Counted from the first letter of the stretch, positions 10,430 through 18,029 are shown. The stretch: 64,000 bases of DNA from Armatimonadota bacterium (GCA_942492855.1 OW818647.1:1142264-1206263), one strand, 5' to 3'. The notes: generated by a model not told the origin, from the sequence alone. A program made the numbers and translations.

Positions 10430-11626
10430 TCAGTCACGCCAATAGCGTGCGCGGCGCCCCTCCCACACCCGGTTGAACGGCGTGCGCAGCAGGTTCCCCA
10501 CGCTTTTGGGCAGGCTGGAGCAGGGCAGCACATCGCCGGTGGGCGATACGCTGAGCAGTCCGTCGCACGCGGCGCAGGACTTGCCGCCCAGTTGGGAGGC
10601 CACCGGATTAAACAGGCAGTATGGCGTGGGCGAGTACCACATAAACTCGATACCCTCATCACGAGCCGCCTGCTGAATGCCCGCCATCAGACCAGCCATC
10701 TCGGTGTAGCTGATGGTCACCTCTTCATCAGGCGCGCTGCCGCATGGGATCACCATGTTCATGGAAAGCCGCTTCATGCCGATGCTCTTCACGAAGGAGA
10801 TGAGCTCGGTCAGATGCGCCGAGTTCATGCGGTTCACCGTGGTGTTGGTATGCACATGGAGACCACTCCGCTTCAGCAGCTCCACACCCCGAACCGTGCG
10901 GTCGAATGAACCAGGGAGCTGCGTTAGACGGTCGTGAACCTCCGCATTCGGACCTTCCAGGCTGACCTGCGCGCTGCGTAGACCCGCGGCCTTCAATCCC
11001 GTGACCAGCTCCTCGGTGAGGTTGGTGCCGTTAGTGATGAGGTTCACACGGATACCCAGTTCGGTGGCGTAGGCGGTCAGTTCGACCAGGTCTTTACGTA
11101 GGGTGGGCTCACCGCCGGTCCAACTGACGCTGGGCACTTCGGCGTCCTGCTTAATGATCTGCAGCACCCGTTTGACTTCGTCCGTGCTCATTTCTTTGCA
11201 GTCTGGGAGTTTTTTGCACTGGCAGCCGGCGTAGCAAAAGCGGCAGCTCAGGTTGCAGCGGTATGTGAGTGCGATCTCCGATAGCACCGGCAGTGTGTTG
11301 AAGGGCCTTTGGTAGGGCACCACATCCACCGATATGCGGTCGTGACCCTCACCCAGGCAACCCATGACCATCGCACGGATGTCGCTGAAGAAGTCGCTGA
11401 TGTCCTTCAGCTTGGCATCATCATCCGCCATCTTCGTGCTGCGGCTACTGATCACCTCACGGATCGGCCGCCCTCTCAGCGTCTCCTTGAGCAGCAGCAG
11501 GCCCGTTTTATTGATCTTGTAGGCCTGGTTTGGCAGCAGGATGAGCAGGCTGTCGCGCTCGCGGACGGTCACGTGCGGTTTGATACTCTCCACAAAGCTG
11601 TCGATCCAGTCGATGCGGCTCTCCAT
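10430..11626 (-). CDS. Radical SAM enzyme with an N-terminal PqqD-like RRE and a SPASM domain. It is a RiPP-maturase-like protein. The IS insertion truncates it about 48 codons before its original end.
   Basis: CNLSCRFCY is the CxxxCxxC motif. The N-terminal region (90 aa) HVTVRERDSLLILLPNQAYKINKTGLLLLKETLRGRPIREV looks PqqD-like. Additional Cys clusters are present near the C-terminus. The likely start is MESRIDW at 11626, whose ATG overlaps the upstream stop in TGATG. The track ORF extends to 11722 through the repeat region in a different frame. Confidence 0.8.
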   Translation of the reverse strand: MESRIDWIDSFVESIKPHVTVRERDSLLILLPNQAYKINKTGLLLLKETLRGRPIREVISSRSTKMADDDAKLKDISDFFSDIRAMVMGCLGEGHDRISVDVVPYQRPFNTLPVLSEIALTYRCNLSCRFCYAGCQCKKLPDCKEMSTDEVKRVLQIIKQDAEVPSVSWTGGEPTLRKDLVELTAYATELGIRVNLITNGTNLTEELVTGLKAAGLRSAQVSLEGPNAEVHDRLTQLPGSFDRTVRGVELLKRSGLHVHTNTTVNRMNSAHLTELISFVKSIGMKRLSMNMVIPCGSAPDEEVTISYTEMAGLMAGIQQAARDEGIEFMWYSPTPYCLFNPVASQLGGKSCAACDGLLSVSPTGDVLPCSSLPKSVGNLLRTPFNRVWEGRRARYWRD

Positions 11627-13317
11627 CAGTGCGCGCCTCCGCTGACGCACGCGCTGTGACATGCCGAGTGGCACGCGCTGTGACAGGCACTGTGGCACGC
11701 GGAGTGGCAGGCACTGTGGCAAGCGTCATGACACGCGGTATGCACGTAGCACGCAGAGTGGCAGGCCTGCGAGCTCATAAAGGAGCTGAAGTCCTGGCTC
11801 TCGATCAGTTCATCGCCCTTGATGCCTTGCGCGATTTCATCCGGGCGGGAATCTACATACCGGTTGGTGGTGTGATAATGGGTGGTGCCATACCAGTAGT
11901 GCGCATAATACCGCGGATACCGGCGTTCATGCATCATGAAGCCCTCATCGCGTTGCTCTGGGGCCTCCTCCATTTTCTTGTATTGCTCGGCGATGACCTG
12001 CCGGTACCACTCCTTAGTCGCCTCCAGGTCGCAGTCCCACGCTTTGCGCTGGATTTGGTCCACCATATCCTGGAACATCGCCTCAAAATCGGCCGCCAAT
12101 AACGAGCCATCTCCACGGATGCGGCTGAGAAGCATCTCCTCATACCGGTTATCCGCTGACTGGTCAAGCGGGTAGAGCCGCTCCAGCTTGATAGGCTGCA
12201 CCTGCAGCACTTTCACCAACGCCACCGACTCCATGCGGGAGATCATCGCACCGAGAATGCGCGGCAGGGGCACCTCCAGCAGCATGGCCGCTTCGATCAT
12301 ATCCAGCTCAGCGATTTTGCCAGGGATGCGGTAGCTGGAGACCTCGATTTTCGGAGGAACCCACTCGCCGCGCTCCCAATCCACCTCACTCAGCTCACTT
12401 AACGCCGCCGTGGTGGACTTCATTTTGCGGCTGAGCAGCAGCAGCGAGACCACCACCACCCCAATCAGCAGGCCCCCTCCCAGCATCATGCGTCCCATGT
12501 TCTGCTGTACTCGTGGAATGTCGGGGAAACCCAGCTCATTCGCTACTCCGCCGTTTCCTGAGCCTGTTTGACCAACCAGCGGCTGATCGGACTGGGTTGC
12601 ACTAGAGGTCTGTTTCAACGTAAACAGGCTGGCGTTGATGTAGGTGGAGAGGCGCATGTGATATTGCGGCGGGGGGTTGTTTTTGTGGAAGCGCACCGTC
12701 AGCCAGTTCTTACCGTTGGCCGGTTGACCGTAATAGCTGATGAGATACTCCGAGTTGACATACTTCTCTGTGCGAAACCCAAGCTTCGTCAGCAGTTCTT
12801 GAGATACCGTCTTGCTGGCGGTGCTGATCGGATAGTGCAGATAAACCGTCATATGCTCAGCGGCTTCATCGAACTGGCACGGTGACCAGTTGAAATACAC
12901 CAGTTTCCCAAACTCGCTTTGGGTATACCCCATGTACCCGGCGGACACAAAGTCGGTGGCATAAGGGATGATGTAAGTGACCTCGCCGGAGCTCACAGAG
13001 GCCCCCTTGGCCAGCACCACGTCGAACTTGTTGCCCATATCCGTGATGGAGAGCCCGTATTTCCTGCCTGAGGAGTCGATCGCAGCCGCCTTGCCGTAGT
13101 CGAAGCGCGGGGCGGCGCTGCCAAAGCCCTCCAGGTAGAATCCGTGCAGCTCTCCGCTTAGAACCTTGTAACGAACTTTGTACACCACAATCGCCCGGCC
13201 GTCCTTTGTGGGCGAAACATCCACCTCAACCCACTTCAACACAGCCTCGGTGGCCATCGCACAGGTGGCCAGGATGCACAGACCGATGGCGATCAGCAGC
13301 TTACAGACATTTCTCAC
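11626..13317 (-). CDS. Secreted/membrane-anchored protein (signal peptide, beta-rich N-terminal domain, central TM helix, possibly DUF2207-like). The C-terminus is a Cys/His-rich tandem tetrapeptide repeat: ...ACHSACYVHTACHDACHSACHSACHSACHSACHSACHSACVSGGAH.
   Basis: 563-aa ORF. The signal peptide is MRNVCKLLIAIGLCILATCAMA, the TM segment is MMLGGGLLIGVVVVSLLLLS, and the C-terminal (ACHS)n tail is as shown. Its stop overlaps the rSAM start codon. Confidence 0.65.
   Translation of the reverse strand: MRNVCKLLIAIGLCILATCAMATEAVLKWVEVDVSPTKDGRAIVVYKVRYKVLSGELHGFYLEGFGSAAPRFDYGKAAAIDSSGRKYGLSITDMGNKFDVVLAKGASVSSGEVTYIIPYATDFVSAGYMGYTQSEFGKLVYFNWSPCQFDEAAEHMTVYLHYPISTASKTVSQELLTKLGFRTEKYVNSEYLISYYGQPANGKNWLTVRFHKNNPPPQYHMRLSTYINASLFTLKQTSSATQSDQPLVGQTGSGNGGVANELGFPDIPRVQQNMGRMMLGGGLLIGVVVVSLLLLSRKMKSTTAALSELSEVDWERGEWVPPKIEVSSYRIPGKIAELDMIEAAMLLEVPLPRILGAMISRMESVALVKVLQVQPIKLERLYPLDQSADNRYEEMLLSRIRGDGSLLAADFEAMFQDMVDQIQRKAWDCDLEATKEWYRQVIAEQYKKMEEAPEQRDEGFMMHERRYPRYYAHYWYGTTHYHTTNRYVDSRPDEIAQGIKGDELIESQDFSSFMSSQACHSACYVHTACHDACHSACHSACHSACHSACHSACHSACVSGGAH
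11632..11727 (-). repeat. Imperfect 12-nt tandem repeat (about 8 copies) that encodes the (Ala-Cys-His-Ser)n tail
   Basis: The plus strand reads GAGTGGCACGCG CTGTGACAGGCA CTGTGGCACGCG GAGTGGCAGGCA CTGTGGCAAGCG.... The copies differ mainly at synonymous positions (TGC/TGT, AGC/TCT/TCC/TCG, GCG/GCA/GCC). Confidence 0.8.
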
Positions 13318-13329
13318 GTCAGTATGTCC

Positions 13330-13740
13330 CCTTTGCTTAGAGTAAAGCGTATGTCATTATTCTGACATATCTACGCAGATTCCTGCGTGGGAATGAAAAC
13401 CAAGGTGGGGAAGGCACGGCAAGCCATCGTAGGGTCAGGCCATCGTAGGGGCGACCGGCCGGTCGCCCACCACTCTGCAGGGCGAACGGCCGTTCGCCCC
13501 TACCAATGACCGCGCCGGTTTTCCCTAACCGGGGCGGTCTGGCGGATAGCCCAGGGAATTGTCTGAACCACGGATGACACGGAGGATGGGGGGCGTTGCA
13601 GCATCCGCCTCGCAGCCAACCCGCCAGCCCCCCGCCGCGGCATAAATGCCACGGCTTATTAGCCGAAAAGCCGGCTGAAGCCGGCTGCCTGGGCACGCCA
13701 ATCGCCTGATTGGCCTCATATTTCACACACATCGCCGCTT
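13330..13740. repeat. Composite intergenic repeats (GTAGGGGC palindromes, the GGCGGATAGCC/GTCTGAACCACGGATGACACGGAGG module, and the GCCGCGGCATAAATGCCACGGC/GGCTGAAGCCGGCT hairpins)
   Basis: These are the same repeat subunits as at 1745-2290, 18340-18870 and 21650-21955. Confidence 0.55.
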
Positions 13741-13827
13741 CTGGTGTTATGTTGTAAAAACCGTCATAATGTAGTAGACAACTACCATCTATGTTTCATC
13801 ATGGTCTCATGGAGTGTAATATTCGTC

Positions 13828-13953
13828 ATGAACAGTTCTTCGATACGTGACAACCACCTTCACGGTACCGTAGGGGAATACGCCATCCCCGCCGAAGGCT
13901 GCCGTGTGATCGGTGTGTGTGTTGCGCTCACCCGCGGTAAGGGCGGGTTGTAG
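13828..13953 (+). CDS. Conserved micro-ORF copy 1 (...IPAEGCRVIGVCVALTRGKGGL*). It ends 11 nt before the Abi_C-like gene.
   Basis: A 22-codon C-terminal core is shared with the 16555..16635 micro-ORF (IPAEGCRVIGVGKALTRGKRGF). Nucleotide differences are concentrated at wobble positions. The true start is uncertain; the first in-frame ATG is at 13828. Confidence 0.3.
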   Translation: MNSSSIRDNHLHGTVGEYAIPAEGCRVIGVCVALTRGKGGL

Positions 13954-13964
13954 GGGAGATATAG

Positions 13965-14765
13965 ATGTTTGTAGAAGATTATCGTGAATGGCATGAATTG
14001 GATGATCATGAAAAGCTGAAGTTGGTTAAAAAGCTGAAGCAGATTGTAATAGAAGTAGTAAAAGGTGATGTCTACCCTCGGCAACATAATAGTGAATACA
14101 GCTACCTTCACTACAAGATCATGCGTGCACAAATCGACCTTGTTCCTGAGATTGTAGAGATGTGCAACAACGCAGCTGGGCTTATATCTTATCTTGAAAC
14201 TGAAACAAAATCTATCAGTGATGGAGCAGAAATAGTAAATACCCAGTTCGCTCCACTCCTTGCGGTCCTTAGCAGTTTTCCTGGTGATGATCCGATATCT
14301 GATGCCATCACGGGATTAGGGATTGACCAGATCAACAAGGTATGGTCAAGGTGTTTAGAGAGGCGAACAACCGAACCTGATGCGGCGATTACATCAGCTC
14401 GATCCCTAGTAGAAACGGTATGTAAGCACATAGTACTCGAACCTCAAGACGCAGATGATGAGGACCTTGACTTTGTCGTGCTATACAAAAAAGCAGTCAC
14501 CAAGCTAAACCTGCATCCTACTCAGGCTGTAGACAAACAATACAAACAACTACTACAAGGATGCCTAAGCATCATAAATCCTATTGGAACTATTCGTAAC
14601 TGGACGGCAGATTCCCATGGTAGTGATCCTAAAACCGTTCCTGTATCGGTGGATGAGGCAACGCTGATAGTAAATATAGCAGGCAGTATCGCGATGTTTT
14701 TGCTTACCAAGTGGCATAACGAACCGCTAAAACCAGCAGATAACCCATTCGGATTATCGTTTTAG
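13965..14765 (+). CDS. Abi_C-like protein (abortive-infection C-terminal domain motif RNWTADSHG), a putative phage-defence protein
   Basis: 266-aa ORF in an AT-rich island. It has a C-terminal R-N-x4-S-H-G motif and an acidic, helical N-terminal region. Confidence 0.4.
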   Translation: MFVEDYREWHELDDHEKLKLVKKLKQIVIEVVKGDVYPRQHNSEYSYLHYKIMRAQIDLVPEIVEMCNNAAGLISYLETETKSISDGAEIVNTQFAPLLAVLSSFPGDDPISDAITGLGIDQINKVWSRCLERRTTEPDAAITSARSLVETVCKHIVLEPQDADDEDLDFVVLYKKAVTKLNLHPTQAVDKQYKQLLQGCLSIINPIGTIRNWTADSHGSDPKTVPVSVDEATLIVNIAGSIAMFLLTKWHNEPLKPADNPFGLSF

Positions 14766-15054
14766 TGATTCCTCGAGATGTGTTACAATGAGGGAAATGA
14801 CAGACAGCCAACTGAGATGCAGTAATTACCCATGGGGAATACAGTTTACAGTTATAGATATGCCTCTCTATGAACACAATAACTACCATCTCTGGCAACC
14901 TTTCCGTTGTCATTATTACGGTTATGCACGAACGTACATATTTTTCTTCTTATTTTAAAATAAGTGGTTAAAGCGGATGGGAGTGTGGTTCTTTTACAAT
15001 CAAACGACATATCACCTGCCAACTAAGAGACCACGGTTGAACAGAGGTTGCTGC

Positions 15055-15645
15055 ATGAAAGACTTTCCCATGCATATCATAACAAAACCCCTTCTGGGTT
15101 TGGCACTCTGCGGGTCATTCCTACTGATTCGCATATTCACCCCGGGTCATCCGTTCTGGTTGAAATATCAGTCATTCACGGTGCCGTTTATAACAATTAC
15201 ATTGTTTTATGTTTTGTGGTCACTTGTTGAATACCGTAGTAACATATCTAGGGTATACCGAACTATCAGCTACAGGATAAGAAAATATCAAGAACGACGA
15301 TTGACTATGCAACTGAGCGAACTAACTGGTGAAGAACTGTTGCTAGCTTGCTGTCTGTCTTACAATGAGACGGTGAATTTACCTACCGACTACCAAGCTG
15401 TAAGAACACTCAGGAAGATACGACTAGTTAAACAGAGTCGCGTATCTGGTGATTCTTCAGTATATGCAACCAGGTTTTGCCGTCAATGGTATCTCGATAT
15501 CGCTCATATCGTGTTGCTAGAAAAAATCAAGACCCGTGACGAACTAGATGATATACAATGTCCGATTCTCGAGAGGATTGTACCTCATTTGAAAGATACG
15601 ATAATGTTTAACATAGATTATGCAAGAATCGTAAATGAATGGTAA
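15055..15645 (+). CDS. Hypothetical membrane protein (2 N-terminal TM helices)
   Basis: The track ORF is 14977..15645. I use the internal ATG (MKDFPMHIITKP) at 15055 because AGAGG lies 8 nt upstream. Confidence 0.4.
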   Translation: MKDFPMHIITKPLLGLALCGSFLLIRIFTPGHPFWLKYQSFTVPFITITLFYVLWSLVEYRSNISRVYRTISYRIRKYQERRLTMQLSELTGEELLLACCLSYNETVNLPTDYQAVRTLRKIRLVKQSRVSGDSSVYATRFCRQWYLDIAHIVLLEKIKTRDELDDIQCPILERIVPHLKDTIMFNIDYARIVNEW

Positions 15646-15985
15646 ACATCGCAGATTTCTTTCGGGTAAAATGCCCCTAGGGCAGTTAGCTTTCGTATCA
15701 CAGGAAAACTAGAGCGGCATAAGTCAGGGTGACTACATCGGCCTGGTGCACCGCGATCCGCATGATGGCGATGTGGTTCTGGTGGATACGCTCGACGGTC
15801 CGCGCCATGCCCGTTGGACCGATGGTATGACCGCCCTGGCCGTGTTTGAGGGGTTCTACAGCTACAGCGCAGAGTAGGGTGACTGGCTGGTCGCCCATGT
15901 GCCGAGCCAAACGAAAAGAAGGATTCCCCGCGTGCGATGGTGAAGGTTACCGCGCAACACATCGCCCGTTAAAGGAGCCTTCACC

Positions 15986-16555
15986 ATGAAAGCTATCGTG
16001 CCCATAATCGGCCTTGTAATCGTGGTCGTATTCATGGTCGTAATCTACAATGGCATCACGGCGTTCAACACAAAACGCGTATCACAGAAGGATGTATGGA
16101 AGCAGGCCCAGCTCATCACCACCGACCTGCTGTTAAGTCCAAAAACGGCACAATACCCCAAACTGGGTGAACGCGGCGTGGAAGTGGAAAACCGCGGAGA
16201 TTCCACATACTGGGTTAAGGGTTTCGTCGATTCGGCCAACGGCATGGGTGTTCCCGTGCGCACACGCTTCGAAGCAGTCATCCAGTGCCTTGGTGCCAAC
16301 AAGTGGAAGACCGTATCATACGACACTGAAGAAGCTAAAGCCATACGCAAGATTACAGAGGATGTTACAAAGGCGTTTGATGACGGCATGAAACAAGTCA
16401 ACGAGATCACGGCCAAGGCTGAGGCTGAACAGCAGCGAGCCGAACGCCAAGCCCAGATAGAGGCCGCGCAACTCGAAGCACAGCAGCGCCAGCTTGAAGC
16501 GCAGCAGGCACAACCAGCACCACAACCCGCCAGCAATTGGGGTGGATCGCAATGA
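15986..16555 (+). CDS. Hypothetical membrane-anchored protein with a C-terminal Gln/Ala-rich coiled-coil
   Basis: 189-aa ORF with an N-terminal TM helix (IVPIIGLVIVVVFMVVIY) and an EAEQQRAERQAQIEAAQLEAQQRQLEAQQAQ tail. AGGAG lies upstream. Confidence 0.5.
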   Translation: MKAIVPIIGLVIVVVFMVVIYNGITAFNTKRVSQKDVWKQAQLITTDLLLSPKTAQYPKLGERGVEVENRGDSTYWVKGFVDSANGMGVPVRTRFEAVIQCLGANKWKTVSYDTEEAKAIRKITEDVTKAFDDGMKQVNEITAKAEAEQQRAERQAQIEAAQLEAQQRQLEAQQAQPAPQPASNWGGSQ

Positions 16556-16635
16556 TGGATACCATCCCAGCCGAGGGCTGCCGTGTGATCGGCGTGGGTA
16601 AGGCACTTACGCGTGGAAAAAGGGGTTTTAAATGA
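16555..16635 (+). CDS. Conserved micro-ORF copy 2 (MDTIPAEGCRVIGVGKALTRGKRGFK). It is translationally coupled on both sides: a TGATG overlap upstream and an ATGA overlap downstream.
   Basis: The start ATG overlaps the stop of 15986..16555, and its own stop overlaps the ATG of 16632..17606. It is a paralog of the 13885-13953 segment. Confidence 0.35.
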   Translation: MDTIPAEGCRVIGVGKALTRGKRGFK

Positions 16636-17606
16636 TGGTGATAACTTTTATATTGGATGCAATCATGTGGTTTTTCAAGAACGTCATTCCGACGATGCTT
16701 GGTGTGTTCCTTGCATTTGCATTGGAAAACAAACGAGCTCACGATGTAAGGAACAATGAATTCAAGGTTAGTTTAGAGATGGCAATAAGGGAATGTACTA
16801 ACTTGAAAAAAACCATCGATGAAAATGTGGCACCTGTGAATGAGGAATTTAACATGCAGGGTGGCGGTATCCACACCGGCCAGGCGAGAATGCTTGAACC
16901 CACAGCTTTGCGGACCCTACTAAACTATCCTTCTGTGATCGGGCAGGAACTAGAGCAGGTGTACCAGATCATTGATGTATGTAAGACGCTAAACATGTAT
17001 TACAGTGCACGTTATGATCAGACAGTAGTCCGGATCGGATATAATCCCACCCAGTTGTCGGCAACAAACTTTTCTATCATAGGCTATACTAAACAAGCAA
17101 TTGAAGAAATCGATAAATTTGTCACTAGTATGAACCATTCGAATCACTGCATTAGTCGTGACAAGCCATTTTGGAGACGCATACTAATGAATGAACGAGC
17201 CAATATGTATACCGCTGTAGTGGTCTGTGGCGTCCTGTCCGGTTATGTCGGCGCAATGATAGCCATGGAACGCCCTATACGGCAGCTTAAGGTACAACAG
17301 ATCGACATCATAATCCATAACAAAGTAGTCGCCACGCTGGGCACAACCAAAGGATCAGGATGCCTATATCTAAACTACGATAATGGCCGACCGTTGATCG
17401 TTCTGGGGACAGCAAGCAAACAGCCTGGGCTGTCGTTGATGGACGAAAGAGGAAGGTCCAGAGTTGGGTCGGCTATTGGGAATGAAGGATCGGTAATTTG
17501 GCTGTCGAATGGTAAAGGGAAGGACCTCATCACGATCTGCGTCAAAGGTAACAATCCGTCTGTGACGTTGCGTGGGGCAAAGACCGAGAAGGAATACAAG
17601 CCGTAG
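16632..17606 (+). CDS. Hypothetical protein (N-terminal TM helix, a second hydrophobic segment MYTAVVVCGVLSGYVGAMIAM, and a C-terminal soluble region)
   Basis: 324-aa ORF. An internal 23-aa segment is duplicated at 34290-34380 on the minus strand. Confidence 0.5.
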   Translation: MMVITFILDAIMWFFKNVIPTMLGVFLAFALENKRAHDVRNNEFKVSLEMAIRECTNLKKTIDENVAPVNEEFNMQGGGIHTGQARMLEPTALRTLLNYPSVIGQELEQVYQIIDVCKTLNMYYSARYDQTVVRIGYNPTQLSATNFSIIGYTKQAIEEIDKFVTSMNHSNHCISRDKPFWRRILMNERANMYTAVVVCGVLSGYVGAMIAMERPIRQLKVQQIDIIIHNKVVATLGTTKGSGCLYLNYDNGRPLIVLGTASKQPGLSLMDERGRSRVGSAIGNEGSVIWLSNGKGKDLITICVKGNNPSVTLRGAKTEKEYKP

Positions 17607-17689
17607 AGCATATCTATGTCATTTGAATAGAATGATCATCTCATAAAGCGAGTGATCCGCATATAACCCAGTTTAGTAAGGACATATAG

Positions 17690-18000
17690 TTGAGTAGACT
17701 CAGTTGGAATCAAATCCGAGTAAATGCCGCACGCTTCGCCGATGAATGGAAACAAGCTCGGTATGAGCGCGGTGAAACTCAGAGCTTCTATAACGACTTC
17801 TTTGAGGTCTTCGGGGTGAATCGGCGCAAGGTGGCCACATTCGAAAAGCCTGTCAAGAAGCTCGGTGGCAAGCAGGGGTTCATCGACCTGTTCTGGAAGG
17901 GTGTGCTGATGGTTGAGCAGAAAAGCGCTGGACGCCAAAGGGCAGGGCTGCGAAGCCTACGAGCGCGAAATCAACGAACGCGTCGCCGCGCTATATGGGT
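17690..18000 (+). pseudogene. Remnant of an MmeI-family type IIG restriction-modification enzyme gene. The N-terminal 80 codons are joined, after a frame change, to a short C-terminal tail (...EREINERVAALYGL*). An internal deletion of several kb is inferred.
   Basis: The N-terminal segment WNQIRVNAARFADEWKQARYERGETQSFYNDFFEVFGVNRRKVATFEKPVKKLGGKQGFIDLFWKGVLMVEQKS is the conserved N-terminus of MmeI/YeeA-like methyltransferase-endonucleases. Homology stops after about 80 aa, and an alternative frame ends in a typical RM C-terminal tail. Confidence 0.55.
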
Positions 18001-18029
18001 TGTAGTTCATAATAATAAGGAGCACATCT

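Larger units (their letters stand above)
8541..10432 (-). mobile_element. IS4-superfamily insertion sequence, about 1.9 kb. Imperfect terminal inverted repeats are TGAACTTTGGCTATTTC and TGAGCTTTGGCCTTTTG. It is flanked by an 18-bp direct duplication GTCACGCCAATAGCGTGC (8522-8539 and 10433-10450).
   Basis: The IRs and the duplication were read directly from the sequence. The transposase has the Y-x2-R-x3-E-x6-K signature (YIWRWEQEVAFREEK) plus the DDE residues. Confidence 0.75.

Noticed and set aside
11626-13317. Assignment of the repeat tail to the His-Xaa-Ser (HxsA/HxsB/HxsC) rSAM system or to anSME/sulfatase maturation
   Set aside because: The repeat period is 4 (A-C-H-S), not 3. There is only one rSAM gene, whereas HxsB and HxsC are paired. 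No sulfatase C/S-x-P-x-R motif is present.
13828-16635. Integron attC sites or gene-cassette boundaries explaining the duplicated micro-ORF sequence
   Set aside because: No R''/L''/L'/R' core sites (RYYYAAC...GTTRRRY) or imperfect palindrome typical of attC were seen. The substitution pattern favours a coding constraint instead.
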